Shown: positions 8,197-17,280 of the stretch, in pieces
Layout of the letters: the number at the start of each line of letters is the position of its first letter
How positions within the stretch are numbered: the stretch's first letter is position 1
Assembly: GCA_016783545.1 (NCBI GenBank)
Contig: JADHWJ010000006.1
Coordinates: forward strand, 888-64,887
DNA from: Candidatus Aenigmatarchaeota archaeon
Lineage (GTDB): Archaea; Aenigmatarchaeota; Aenigmatarchaeia; QMZP01
DNA length: 64,000 bases
Reading direction: 5' to 3'
The notes under the pieces: generated by a model
Seen by the model: only the letters and a program-made list of their open reading frames with translations
Told to the model about the DNA's origin: nothing
Database searches by the model: none
Translations under genes and position numbers: made by a program

Positions 8197-10677
8197 TTAT
8201 AGACAATCTCTACAATCAGAACATTCACCTGGATCGCAGACATCATTGTCTAAACAACCTGAACATGGTTCTTTCGTACCTGAGTCTTCATATTTACAAT
8301 TAACATAAGGACATCCCTTGCTATCGTGTTCTTCTATGGGATTTCCACCATCCTGCATGCAACCATCTTTCTTTCTTTTCACATCTTCTATTGTTAATTC
8401 GCAGCCACTGTCAAAATCTCTCTCAAATTCCCTTTCAAATGGCTCCATTCTTGGAGGCTCTCTATAATCATCATAAGAAGGCTCATTCTCCGTACGTTTC
8501 ATTGCTTCTGCAAGCAAAGGACCCTGACAATGAGGGAACATTTCCTCAGGGTTTCTCATACCGAATGAATAATCAGGCATTCTGCATGTCATATCCATTT
8601 TTCCGAAAGGTGTCTCAACAAATACATATAATTTGCATTTTCCATCTTCAACACCGTCTATTCTTAATGTTGGACTTGGTTCTTGGCCTGGTCTAGGCTT
8701 ACCTTCTGGATAAAATAACACTCCTGGTGTACATGTTCTAAATGCGTTGTCAAAGCACATACCATCCCTACCACAATCATTCTCATCCCTTTCATCCTCT
8801 ACAACAAACTCTCTTACATCTTTCTCACTTCCAAGCATGAAATAAACTATATCCTTAAGCAAAACATCTTTTATGTATCTCAAATCTTGTCTTATTTCCA
8901 TCATATCATCTATGTTTAGGTCCTGCAACCTGTTTTTTAATTTCTCTTTTATTTCATCAACTTTGCCCTTTGCGGATTCGAACATGCCAGACACACTTCT
9001 GAATCTATCAGCTTCCCATGAACCACTCTGTGCATAATAATTTGCAATGTCTGCTGTTTTTTTGGATAGTCTATCAAAAGTCATTTTCAATTCTTCAAGC
9101 TTAAATGCCATATCAAGGAGTTCGTGTGATTCAGGTATTCTATCCATCTCATCAACATATACTTCGTTCCTATCACCTCTCATTATACATTCAGCAAAAT
9201 CAACATATCCGTTTTCATCCCTTCTGACAACCATTTTTCCACCTGTTCTTTCACATTTTTCATATGTTATCATTGGAGGGTCTCTTGTTTTTTCTTGTTC
9301 AGATGATGCACAATCTATATATTGGCAACCATCATTGTCAAAATACATAATAGCTATCTTTCCCATCTCTCCGCAATACATTTCTTTTTCTTCTACAACA
9401 TGTCTTGGTGGTGCACGTACACAATCCTCACCAAAACCGCGCTCTGAACGTTCTTCGTGCCAGTTCTCATCCACACATTTGACAAATTTACAGCCATGCT
9501 CAAAAATTATCATATCTTTTTGTTTCATGCTCCAGCATTTTTCCTTTACTTCTTGCATTTCTTCATCATCTGGACAATCTTCATTTTCAAAGAATTTATC
9601 TTTTTTATTCCTGAATTCACAATCAATGTACAAACATTTCATCGGCCTTGTATATCTTTCTACAGGCTCACCACCTTTCTCAAAGCACTCCTTTCTTATC
9701 CCTTCTTCGTCTATTGGCTTACAATCGTCATCAGGATGGTCTTTTCTTTCACATTCAACACGCTCCATACCATACTCATCAGTCTCTCTCCTGCAATTTT
9801 CAGGCAATGGACATGATTCGCACTCACATCTTTGGCCATCATCCTTATGTTCCACCCAACAGCTAACATCAGCCCCATCAGGACATGTTTTATAATTTGG
9901 GCACTGAATGCTTTTTTCACAGCCTTCTATCCATTCGCATCTGCAGTCTGGTGTGACAAGTTTTTCACATTCTCCACATTGAACATTACTACAATCCCAT
10001 CCGGTTCCACCGGTTCCGCTACCTCTTTCACAACCATCTATCCATTTACAATAACAACCATCAGAAGCTAGGGTCTCGCATTCTCCACATTCAAGATGAC
10101 AAACAGGTCCGGATCCCGGCACACCAGGCTCTGTAGGACATGATGGTGAACATGATGAACATGAACCTGTTGAAGAATCACAAGAATTGCCACAAGAAAC
10201 TTCAGAACCATCTGAACATGTTGTTTTAGTTGGTGAACATTCTACACCCGCACATTTATCTTCACCAGTGTCATCACCTGTGTCTCCTGAACCTGTATCG
10301 TCTGTACCTGTATCACCACCAGTGTCATCACCTGTGTCTCCTGAACCTGTATCGTCTGTACCTGTATCACCACCAGTGTCATCACCTGTGTCTCCTGAAC
10401 CTGTATCACCACCAGTGTCATCACCTGTGTCTCCTGTACCTGTATCACCACCTGTATCTCCTGAACCAGTATCACCGCTAGTGTCTCCACCTGTATCTCC
10501 TGAACCAGTATCACCGCTAGTGTCTCCTCCAGTGTCTCCTGAACCAGTATCACCGCTAGTGTCTCCTCCAGTGTCTCCTCCTGTATCTTCCTCTGCAGAT
10601 ACTGCTATAAGAGGATAACCAACTAAAAATAGAACTACAAATATCAGAACAAAAAAGGATTTGAAGTTTTTATTCAT
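8197..10677 (-). CDS. secreted Cys-rich protein with N-terminal acidic G-D-T repeat region, unknown function
   Basis: Signal peptide MNKNFKSFFVLIFVVLFLVGYPLIAVSA, then (GDTGGDTSGDTGS)n. Duplicated CGECE..C.C.WI.GCE modules and many paired Cys residues follow. Confidence 0.7.
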   Translation of the reverse strand: MNKNFKSFFVLIFVVLFLVGYPLIAVSAEEDTGGDTGGDTSGDTGSGDTGGDTSGDTGSGDTGGDTSGDTGSGDTGGDTGTGDTGDDTGGDTGSGDTGDDTGGDTGTDDTGSGDTGDDTGGDTGTDDTGSGDTGDDTGEDKCAGVECSPTKTTCSDGSEVSCGNSCDSSTGSCSSCSPSCPTEPGVPGSGPVCHLECGECETLASDGCYCKWIDGCERGSGTGGTGWDCSNVQCGECEKLVTPDCRCEWIEGCEKSIQCPNYKTCPDGADVSCWVEHKDDGQRCECESCPLPENCRRETDEYGMERVECERKDHPDDDCKPIDEEGIRKECFEKGGEPVERYTRPMKCLYIDCEFRNKKDKFFENEDCPDDEEMQEVKEKCWSMKQKDMIIFEHGCKFVKCVDENWHEERSERGFGEDCVRAPPRHVVEEKEMYCGEMGKIAIMYFDNDGCQYIDCASSEQEKTRDPPMITYEKCERTGGKMVVRRDENGYVDFAECIMRGDRNEVYVDEMDRIPESHELLDMAFKLEELKMTFDRLSKKTADIANYYAQSGSWEADRFRSVSGMFESAKGKVDEIKEKLKNRLQDLNIDDMMEIRQDLRYIKDVLLKDIVYFMLGSEKDVREFVVEDERDENDCGRDGMCFDNAFRTCTPGVLFYPEGKPRPGQEPSPTLRIDGVEDGKCKLYVFVETPFGKMDMTCRMPDYSFGMRNPEEMFPHCQGPLLAEAMKRTENEPSYDDYREPPRMEPFEREFERDFDSGCELTIEDVKRKKDGCMQDGGNPIEEHDSKGCPYVNCKYEDSGTKEPCSGCLDNDVCDPGECSDCRDCL
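10262..10595. repeat. in-frame tandem repeats (57-nt and 39-nt units) encoding the G-D-T tract
   Basis: ccagtgtcatcacctgtgtctcctgaacctgtatcgtctgtacctgtatcaccac is repeated at 10266 and 10323. Units of cctgtatctcctgaaccagtatcaccgctagtgtctcc follow from about 10451. Confidence 0.85.
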
Positions 10678-10713
10678 TATTAATATATTATCTGTCTCAC
10701 TATTTATAAATTA

Positions 10714-11073
10714 TCATAATTCGCACATTTCACAGTCATTTTTTTCACAATCAGTGTTCTTTGTTTTCCATTTCAATGTCCATTCTTTGATACTCTTTAT
10801 TATTTTTATAAAATCCTTTCCTGTCTTTGTCAAACAATATTCAGATCTTATAGGAAATGTATTCACATCAACTCTTTTTTTTATCATTCCCTCTCCTTTT
10901 AGTTCCTTTAACCTTGCGGAAAGCATTTTGGGTGTTATTCCATTCAATTTAGTCTTTATATGGGAATACCTTTTCCATTCACCTTTGCCTCTGTATAGCT
11001 CTAATAGTATTAACATTGTCCATTTTTTGCATATGAAACTAGCTGTTTTATAAACCGAGCAATTCTTATTCAT
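10714..11073 (-). CDS. HxlR-family winged-helix transcriptional regulator
   Basis: ICKKWTMLILLELYRGKGEWKRYSHIKTKLNGITPKMLSARLKELKGEGMIKKRV is a typical HxlR pattern. Confidence 0.75.
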   Translation of the reverse strand: MNKNCSVYKTASFICKKWTMLILLELYRGKGEWKRYSHIKTKLNGITPKMLSARLKELKGEGMIKKRVDVNTFPIRSEYCLTKTGKDFIKIIKSIKEWTLKWKTKNTDCEKNDCEMCEL

Positions 11074-11125
11074 TTTTTCACCTATCTATAGTATACTTTT
11101 AGAAACCACACACTTAAATATCTTT

Positions 11126-11341
11126 ATGATACTAAGTATATTAAAGATACTAAGGGATGGGAGCATGAAAGAAAAATATACATGCATAATCTGCAGTGAA
11201 CCTGTGGGAAGAAGTGGATATATTGGAGAAATAAAGAACATTAAAGTAAGTTTCTGTGTAAAACATGCAAACGATTGTGAAAAAAGCTGTGAGACCTGTA
11301 TGCAGACAAATAAATGTCCTGTCTTTAGAATGGGTGGATAG
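11126..11341 (+). CDS. small Cys-rich protein, unknown function (likelier start at ATG 11165)
   Basis: Contains CIIC...C...C..C..C...C spacing. A GGGATGGGAG SD-like sequence precedes the ATG at 11165. It abuts the cupin gene. Confidence 0.5.
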   Translation: MILSILKILRDGSMKEKYTCIICSEPVGRSGYIGEIKNIKVSFCVKHANDCEKSCETCMQTNKCPVFRMGG

Positions 11342-11653
11342 ATGAAAACAGGATTTTCCCTGGATTTAAATAAAGTAATGAAATTTCCAGAAAAAGGTAT
11401 ATTCAGCAGAGTCTTATCCAAGTCTGATAATCATAATTATACATTAATGTGCCTTTCAAAGGGAACTGAGATTGATACACATACTTCAACAAAAACTGGA
11501 TATGTTCAGGTATTGAAAGGTATGGGAAAATTTAAATTATTCGACAAAGATATTGAAATGAAGCCAGGAGTTTTCATTTTCATGCCAGCAAATGCCCCTC
11601 ATTCATTAAAAGCTGATGAGGATTTATCAATATTATTATGTTTATCAAAATAA
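11342..11653 (+). CDS. cupin-domain protein
   Basis: GTEIDTHTS...GVFIFMPANAPHSLKA matches the cupin motif pattern. Length is 103 aa. Confidence 0.65.
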   Translation: MKTGFSLDLNKVMKFPEKGIFSRVLSKSDNHNYTLMCLSKGTEIDTHTSTKTGYVQVLKGMGKFKLFDKDIEMKPGVFIFMPANAPHSLKADEDLSILLCLSK

Positions 11654-11665
11654 GGAGTGGTTAAT

Positions 11666-11743
11666 GTGAATGATTGTGGATGTTTTTTAGTAGTGAAAAT
11701 ATGTGATGGTTGTGGTAAAACATATGACGTTTGTAAATGTTAA
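11666..11743 (+). CDS. candidate 25-aa Cys-rich micropeptide (MNDCGCFLVVKICDGCGKTYDVCKC), GTG start
   Basis: Not in the ORF track because it is under 60 aa. TAAGGAGTGG lies 6 nt upstream, and the same motif precedes the next micro-ORF. Seven of 25 residues are Cys, and the stop codon overlaps the next SD. Confidence 0.4.
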   Translation: MNDCGCFLVVKICDGCGKTYDVCKC

Positions 11744-11755
11744 GGAGTGATTATT

Positions 11756-11797
11756 ATGTGCGGAACTTGTGGATGTACAACAAAGAAGAAGAAATAA
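11756..11797 (+). CDS. candidate 13-aa Cys-rich micropeptide (MCGTCGCTTKKKK)
   Basis: TAAGGAGTGA lies 5 nt upstream of the ATG. Contains a CxxCxC motif and a Lys tail. Lies immediately upstream of rubrerythrin. Confidence 0.35.
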   Translation: MCGTCGCTTKKKK

Positions 11798-11821
11798 GAA
11801 TAATAGATCTAAGTGATAACT

Positions 11822-12325
11822 ATGACAAACACAGAAGAAAATTTAAAGGCTGCTTTTGCAGGTGAATCTCAGGCAAACAGAAAATACCTGGCGTTTGCAA
11901 AAAAAGCTGAAGAAGAAGGATTGAAACAAATAGCAAAACTTTTTAGAGCCGCTGCTGATGCAGAGACTGTCCATGCACACAACCATTTAAGAGTCATGGG
12001 TGGTATAAAAAGCACTGTAGAGAATCTTAAGGGAGCAATTTCTGGAGAAACATATGAATTCACAGACATGTATCCAAAAATGATCGAAGATGCTGAGAAG
12101 GATAACAACAAAGAAGTAAAAGCAACTTTCAACAAGGCAAATCCTGTTGAGAAGATACATGCAGGTTTATACACAAATGCATTAGAGTTGGCAGAGTCTG
12201 GAAAGGATCTTGAAGAGAAACAAATACTAGTCTGCCAGATATGTGGAAACACTGTTGAAAATAAAGCGCCTGACACCTGTCAAATCTGTGGAGCGAATAA
12301 AGATCAATTCAAGCTTATAGAATAA
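11822..12325 (+). CDS. rbr: rubrerythrin
   Basis: Diiron ferritin-like motifs (GESQANRKYLAFA, AETVHAHNH) plus a C-terminal rubredoxin-like CQICGN...CQICGA. An alternative GTG start lies at 11813. Confidence 0.85.
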   Translation: MTNTEENLKAAFAGESQANRKYLAFAKKAEEEGLKQIAKLFRAAADAETVHAHNHLRVMGGIKSTVENLKGAISGETYEFTDMYPKMIEDAEKDNNKEVKATFNKANPVEKIHAGLYTNALELAESGKDLEEKQILVCQICGNTVENKAPDTCQICGANKDQFKLIE

Positions 12326-12349
12326 GGAGATGTGAACTTCTCCTTTTTT
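12326..12349 (+). terminator. hairpin plus T-run after rubrerythrin
   Basis: GGAGA-tgtgaact-TCTCC followed by TTTTTT, directly after the stop codon. Confidence 0.45.
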
Positions 12350-12376
12350 ATACTCTATCCAAAAGGAGGTGGTATT

Positions 12377-12493
12377 ATGACAGAAGAAAATCAGACATAT
12401 AAATGTAATATTTGTGGGAATATTGTAAAGGTTCTGGAATCCGGAGAAGGTCAACTAGTTTGTTGTGAACAGCCAATGGAACTTCAAAAATAA
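12377..12493 (+). CDS. desulforedoxin-like small iron protein (38 aa)
   Basis: Not in the ORF track. AAAGGAGGTGG SD lies 6 nt upstream. [38 protein letters not shown] matches the Y-K-C-x2-CG-N-I-V-E/K-V...LVCC-G/E-x-x-M signature of desulforedoxin and the Dfx N-terminal domain. Confidence 0.7.
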   Translation: MTEENQTYKCNICGNIVKVLESGEGQLVCCEQPMELQK

Positions 12494-12501
12494 AGAATAA
12501 T

Positions 12502-15500
12502 CTATTTCCTCTTTTTGAAATTAACAAAACCACATTTTATACAAAGTTTCCAAGGCCTTTTGCCCATATTCTTTACAGAAACAATATGAAGCCCGCAGGT
12601 TTTACATTTTGTTTCTAAAACATCTAATTTTCCTTTATGTGGCAAAGAGAATGTTTCAGTGCATTTTGGATAGGTGTCACAAGCCACAAATCTTTTTCCA
12701 GCTTTTGAATATTTTATAACAAGATTTCCACCACACTTGCATTTTCCCATTGTCGACTGCCTTTTAAGGACTTCTTTCAACCCTACCATGAGCTCTTCGC
12801 CTATGTTCTTTTCTTTTTGTTTGAATTCTGAAAGTATTTTTTCCAGGGCACCTTTTGCTTCTTCCAAAACCTCTTCTTTTTTCCTTTTGCCATTTCTAAT
12901 ATCTTCCATCTCTTTTTCAAATTTCTCTGTCATTTCAACAGAGATTATTTCAGGCGAGTTCTTCTCAAGTGCTGATATAACAGACTTTCCAAGGTCAGTG
13001 ACAGTAATAGCAGTGTCTTTTATATAGCCTCTTTCATAGAGTGTCTGCAATATCTGCGCACGTGTTGAATTATGAACAAGAATTCCTCCATTAGTTATAA
13101 AATTTGGAGAGTTTTTTGATACAGAGATATCATAAACAAACTGATTTATAGATTTGATATCTTCTATTTTCTTTATATTAGAAAAATGTAATTCACTGTC
13201 AATATGAACACAAGATGCCTTCAATGCGTGAATGAAATAGTCTTTATCTATAAGACTATAAACTGCTCTATTTGGAGTATTACTATGTGGAGAAAATCTT
13301 TTTCTTCTAAGAACACTTATTTTTACCAAATATTTTAGTGCTTTTTTGATATCATGATTTGTATATTTTTCAAAATTATTTTTTATCTGATATATATCCA
13401 ATGTTTTTCCTTTCAAGAATAGAACAATATCGTAGCAGACCTTTAATGTTCTATATTGCAGAGAATCTGATAATAAACCCTTATAGAGTGTTTCTTTTTT
13501 ATGTTTCATGTCAAATCCTACTTTGTACGCAAATTTATCCACTTTATCTCTTCCACCTATTAGTATTGTAAAACACTCGAAATACTTATCATTCAATTTT
13601 GCCTTTCCTTTGCTTATATTTGTTTTTATCCCGATTTGAAGAAATAAATCCTTAATCCATTTTATATGATCTTTTTTTGATAGTGTCATCTTAATTCTTG
13701 GGACACCATGCCCTATAGCCTCATTACCAAGTATTTTTACTTTTCCTATACTTCTAAGATGAACATTTCCATCGGCATCGAAAAAACCTCTTAAAAAATC
13801 TCCAATGAATCTTTTTGGTATAAACAATCTTTTTTTACCATTTATTAATGGGAAAATTTTTATAATAACAGTAGCCATAGCTGAATTGCATTGAACCTTA
13901 TATTTATTTTTATCTTTCCCCACCAAGTATGCTTTTGGTTCCACACCAAATATTCTCTTTATGCGCATTTTAAGGATTTTGACTGACTTCTCTGCTGCTG
14001 TGAAATAAAGCTGATGTGATCCATTATATTGCGGGTCATTATAACTACCATCACCATAAAAATAACCCAATACCCATGCCAAATCACTTGACCATCTTAT
14101 AGGTATCTTACCATTTAATATTCCAAGAGTATTTTTCTGAGAAAATCTGCTCATATACATGTTTTTATATATTCTGAATTTGTTTCTTTCAAAAAAATCT
14201 TTATTTAATAATATTTTACCTTTTTTATTTTTTGTTATTATGTTAATTACTTTATCATTCTCCAAAATTTCATTTGCTCTTTTTAGGGTTATCTTCTTTA
14301 TTTTTTCATTATATGTATATATGAAATGGTCATCTGTTACTTTAATCTCTCCTCCACAGGTAGTTATTTTTAATATTTTTTCTTTTTTCTTTAATTTTCT
14401 TCTGGATATTAACTTTGGTTCTGTGAATTCTATATTATCTGAATATTGATTAAAAGATATAATTGGTTGTGCATTTATTTTTCTTATTTCAGCATCACCA
14501 TCATGACAGATATATTCAGATTTTTTCCAAATACTATTAATATTTGTTTCTTTCCAATCAGGACTTATTAACTTACAATCTCCGGTCAAACACTTAGTTC
14601 CTAAATTTAATTTCTCCATTTCTTTTAGTACAGAAGCCTGTGAATATCTTCCTGGTGGTTGTGTTTCCTTATCCACCATATCTAATTTCTCAACCAAAAC
14701 CATATCACCTTCGTTGATTTCTGGAAGTATTTTTTCTTTGAAAAATGTATATGGCTGATAGAACTCCATCCAATTAGCCTGGATTGTGCGAACACCATTT
14801 GCAACAAATATCTCACTATTAACATCGATTTTTACAGTGTTTGTCTCTCTTAAAGCAGGATCTGCAAAAACAGAAAGGAATCTCTTAACTATAAGGTCAT
14901 ATAGTTTCTTCTGGTAAGGATTAAGGGTTTTTGGAATATTCCCTGTTGGGAATACAGATGGATGCGCAGGATCAGTTCGCTTGCCTTCATTTGGCCAGAG
15001 CTTAGGCTTTGAAAGCAGCTTTTCAGAAAGCTCTTTATAGTCTTTCTGCTTTCCTAAATTTTGAAGGATTTTTTTTAAGCCAATACTTGCCGGAAGTTTT
15101 TGGCTAGAAGTCCTTGGATAAGAAATTAAAGCTAATAGATAAAGGCCTTGCGCTATATCCAATGTCTGTTTCGGTGAGAATTTGAAATTATTATATGCAT
15201 CTCTCTGTAATGTTGTAAGATCAAATGGTACTGGCGGATTTTGTTTATATTCTTTCTTTTCAACTTTCACAACCTTTCCATTTTTTCCTTTACATTTTTC
15301 AAAGATGTTATGAGCTTCATCTTTGTCCCAGAGTTTTTTCTTCTCATAAAGTGCTTCTATTTTCTTAGCATTGACTAATCCATGTAATAATATCTCCCAA
15401 TAAGGAACTGGTACAAATTTTTCAATTTCTTTCTGCCTATCAACAAGTATTTTCAATGTAGGGCTTTGTACTCTTCCTGAAGATACTATGTGAAAACCAC

Positions 15501-16062
15501 CTGCATCTTTTAGTGCATTTGTCATTGCTCTTGTTAGATTTATTCCCCAATAAAAATCCAGATAATGTCTTGTAAGACCTGCTTCTGTCTGACCAAAATC
15601 CAAGTGATCTGATGCATTTTCAAATGCTTTTACAAGGTCAGGTTTTGTTAAAGTAGAAAATTTCATTCTTTTCCCATCTTTAACACCACAAATGAATCTT
15701 AATACGTTAAATGCTATAACACTACCTTCTGTATCATAATCTGTTGCCGATATGAAACTATCTGCATCTTTTGCAAGTTTTTGTATATTAGTAAAGTATT
15801 TCTTTGCCCAGAAACTTCCTTTCTGATTATATGTTGTTTTCCATTCAATATCAAATACAGGATATGTCCATTTTCCTTTTTCCTTTGTATCTAGAATAAA
15901 AAGATGACCAACAGCAGGGGCAACAACCATTTCCTTTCCACCTCTTTGTATTTTAAATGATGGTACTGATTTTCCTATCTTCTTTGGTTCTGTTTCTGAA
16001 AGAGCATATGCTATCTTCTGGGCAGCGCTTGGTTTCTCTGCAAGTATCAGAGTATAAGACAT
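12502..16062 (-). CDS. topA: type IA DNA topoisomerase (TopA / archaeal topo III-like) interrupted by one intein (1186-aa precursor, predicted 678-aa mature protein)
   Basis: Toprim motifs LILAEKPSAAQKIA and ATDYDTEGS. Also SSGRVQSPTL, the active-site region ISYPRTSSQKL, and C-terminal Cys4 zinc ribbons. Confidence 0.9.
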   Translation of the reverse strand: MSYTLILAEKPSAAQKIAYALSETEPKKIGKSVPSFKIQRGGKEMVVAPAVGHLFILDTKEKGKWTYPVFDIEWKTTYNQKGSFWAKKYFTNIQKLAKDADSFISATDYDTEGSVIAFNVLRFICGVKDGKRMKFSTLTKPDLVKAFENASDHLDFGQTEAGLTRHYLDFYWGINLTRAMTNALKDAGGFHIVSSGRVQSPTLKILVDRQKEIEKFVPVPYWEILLHGLVNAKKIEALYEKKKLWDKDEAHNIFEKCKGKNGKVVKVEKKEYKQNPPVPFDLTTLQRDAYNNFKFSPKQTLDIAQGLYLLALISYPRTSSQKLPASIGLKKILQNLGKQKDYKELSEKLLSKPKLWPNEGKRTDPAHPSVFPTGNIPKTLNPYQKKLYDLIVKRFLSVFADPALRETNTVKIDVNSEIFVANGVRTIQANWMEFYQPYTFFKEKILPEINEGDMVLVEKLDMVDKETQPPGRYSQASVLKEMEKLNLGTKCLTGDCKLISPDWKETNINSIWKKSEYICHDGDAEIRKINAQPIISFNQYSDNIEFTEPKLISRRKLKKKEKILKITTCGGEIKVTDDHFIYTYNEKIKKITLKRANEILENDKVINIITKNKKGKILLNKDFFERNKFRIYKNMYMSRFSQKNTLGILNGKIPIRWSSDLAWVLGYFYGDGSYNDPQYNGSHQLYFTAAEKSVKILKMRIKRIFGVEPKAYLVGKDKNKYKVQCNSAMATVIIKIFPLINGKKRLFIPKRFIGDFLRGFFDADGNVHLRSIGKVKILGNEAIGHGVPRIKMTLSKKDHIKWIKDLFLQIGIKTNISKGKAKLNDKYFECFTILIGGRDKVDKFAYKVGFDMKHKKETLYKGLLSDSLQYRTLKVCYDIVLFLKGKTLDIYQIKNNFEKYTNHDIKKALKYLVKISVLRRKRFSPHSNTPNRAVYSLIDKDYFIHALKASCVHIDSELHFSNIKKIEDIKSINQFVYDISVSKNSPNFITNGGILVHNSTRAQILQTLYERGYIKDTAITVTDLGKSVISALEKNSPEIISVEMTEKFEKEMEDIRNGKRKKEEVLEEAKGALEKILSEFKQKEKNIGEELMVGLKEVLKRQSTMGKCKCGGNLVIKYSKAGKRFVACDTYPKCTETFSLPHKGKLDVLETKCKTCGLHIVSVKNMGKRPWKLCIKCGFVNFKKRK
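13069..14592 (-). mobile_element. Intein in TopA (508 aa) with LAGLIDADG homing-endonuclease domain
   Basis: Starts CLTGDCKL. Block B is VTDDH. LAGLIDADG motifs are LAWVLGYFYGDGS and FLRGFFDADGN. Ends ILVHN, followed by +1 Ser. It splits NLGTK|STRAQIL. Confidence 0.85.
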
Positions 16063-16292
16063 AGATAAGATTTGAGCTTAAACTTATTAAACGTTTTGCG
16101 TAATAAAAATAATGGGAACTGTTACCAGATCCCATATTAAAGTTTTAAAGATGAATTCTTACTTTTATAATTTATTTCTTTTTTTTCTTTGCCATTTATT
16201 TCACTATTCCCTATCATTTATCACTAGTTTAGTGATTCCAAGCTTGGTTTATTACTAGGATAATAACTATTAATGCTGACTTTATAATAAAG

Positions 16293-17180
16293 CTATCTTT
16301 TTTTCAATAATACTTCTGTGTGTGGGTACGCAAAATTAACATTTTTCATACTATTTATTTTCTTAAATATTGCCTGTGTTATATCTGATGATATTTTCTG
16401 CCTCTCATTAGCAGCAGTGTAATATCTTACTTTTATATCAACACCAGATGGCTGGAAATATGTTCTTACAAAAGGCTTTGATGGAACATTTTTTAAAGAG
16501 TCTTTTGTTATTTTCTCTGCAGCATCTTTACAGACTTTTATAGCAACATCTATATCACTTTCATATGTAATAGGAGTAACAACCTGATCAAGTATATATT
16601 CATTGTTGTATGTATAATTTATAATATTCTTCTCAAATAGTATAGCATTTGGAATCATTATTGTTCTTCCTGAACTTTCCTCGCTTGCTATAGTCCCCCC
16701 AAGTTCATTTAGATATATATGAGTAAGCGTTATATCAATCACGTCACCTTTTACATCACCTATTATAATTCTATCCCCTATATGGAACGGTTTTTTTGTT
16801 ACTATTATTAACCATGCAGCTACTCCACTTATTGGCTTCTGGAGAGCCCAACCAAGAGCAGCTGTTAATAGCGCTGCTGATAAACCAAGACCTGTTAATG
16901 AACCTGTCCATGTAAAAATAAGCACCAATAATGTTATGAATACAAAAATATATTTCCACAAATGTATGAAAACTACAACATTGTTTTTTTGTTTTTTTGT
17001 TTTTGCTTTATACATCAATGATTTTATTATGATTCTTTTGATTATTTCATATATTATAAAAAATAACAGTAAGATAAAAACAATATAAATTATTTTTGGA
17101 ATTATAAAAACCACTGAATTGGCAACAGTTGACATATTCAGAAAATTTCCTATAAAATTTGCTGTTATTTCATTGATCAT
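16293..17180 (-). CDS. small-conductance mechanosensitive channel (MscS family)
   Basis: N-terminal TM helices, then KKPFHIGDRIIIGDVKGDVIDITLTHIYLNELGG...TIMIPNAILF. Confidence 0.75.
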   Translation of the reverse strand: MINEITANFIGNFLNMSTVANSVVFIIPKIIYIVFILLLFFIIYEIIKRIIIKSLMYKAKTKKQKNNVVVFIHLWKYIFVFITLLVLIFTWTGSLTGLGLSAALLTAALGWALQKPISGVAAWLIIVTKKPFHIGDRIIIGDVKGDVIDITLTHIYLNELGGTIASEESSGRTIMIPNAILFEKNIINYTYNNEYILDQVVTPITYESDIDVAIKVCKDAAEKITKDSLKNVPSKPFVRTYFQPSGVDIKVRYYTAANERQKISSDITQAIFKKINSMKNVNFAYPHTEVLLKKR

Positions 17181-17280
17181 AAATATATATATATATGGTA
17201 GAATAAATAGAACAAATGTTTCTGTTGATTACTAAAAATTTGGAATCACTGTAAAAGAATAGTACATCATTATAATGAAA

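Noticed and set aside
10262-10595. The tandem repeats here and at 55021..55125 as a possible CRISPR array.
   Set aside because: The repeats are contiguous with no unique spacers and are in frame within long ORFs. They are coding tandem repeats.
9047-10618. Multiple plus- and minus-strand ORFs overlapping the 826-aa Cys-rich protein gene (for example 9047..9895 and 10187..10618).
   Set aside because: They are shadows of the long minus-strand ORF. The 143-aa PVS-repeat ORF is simply the antisense reading of the GDT repeat.
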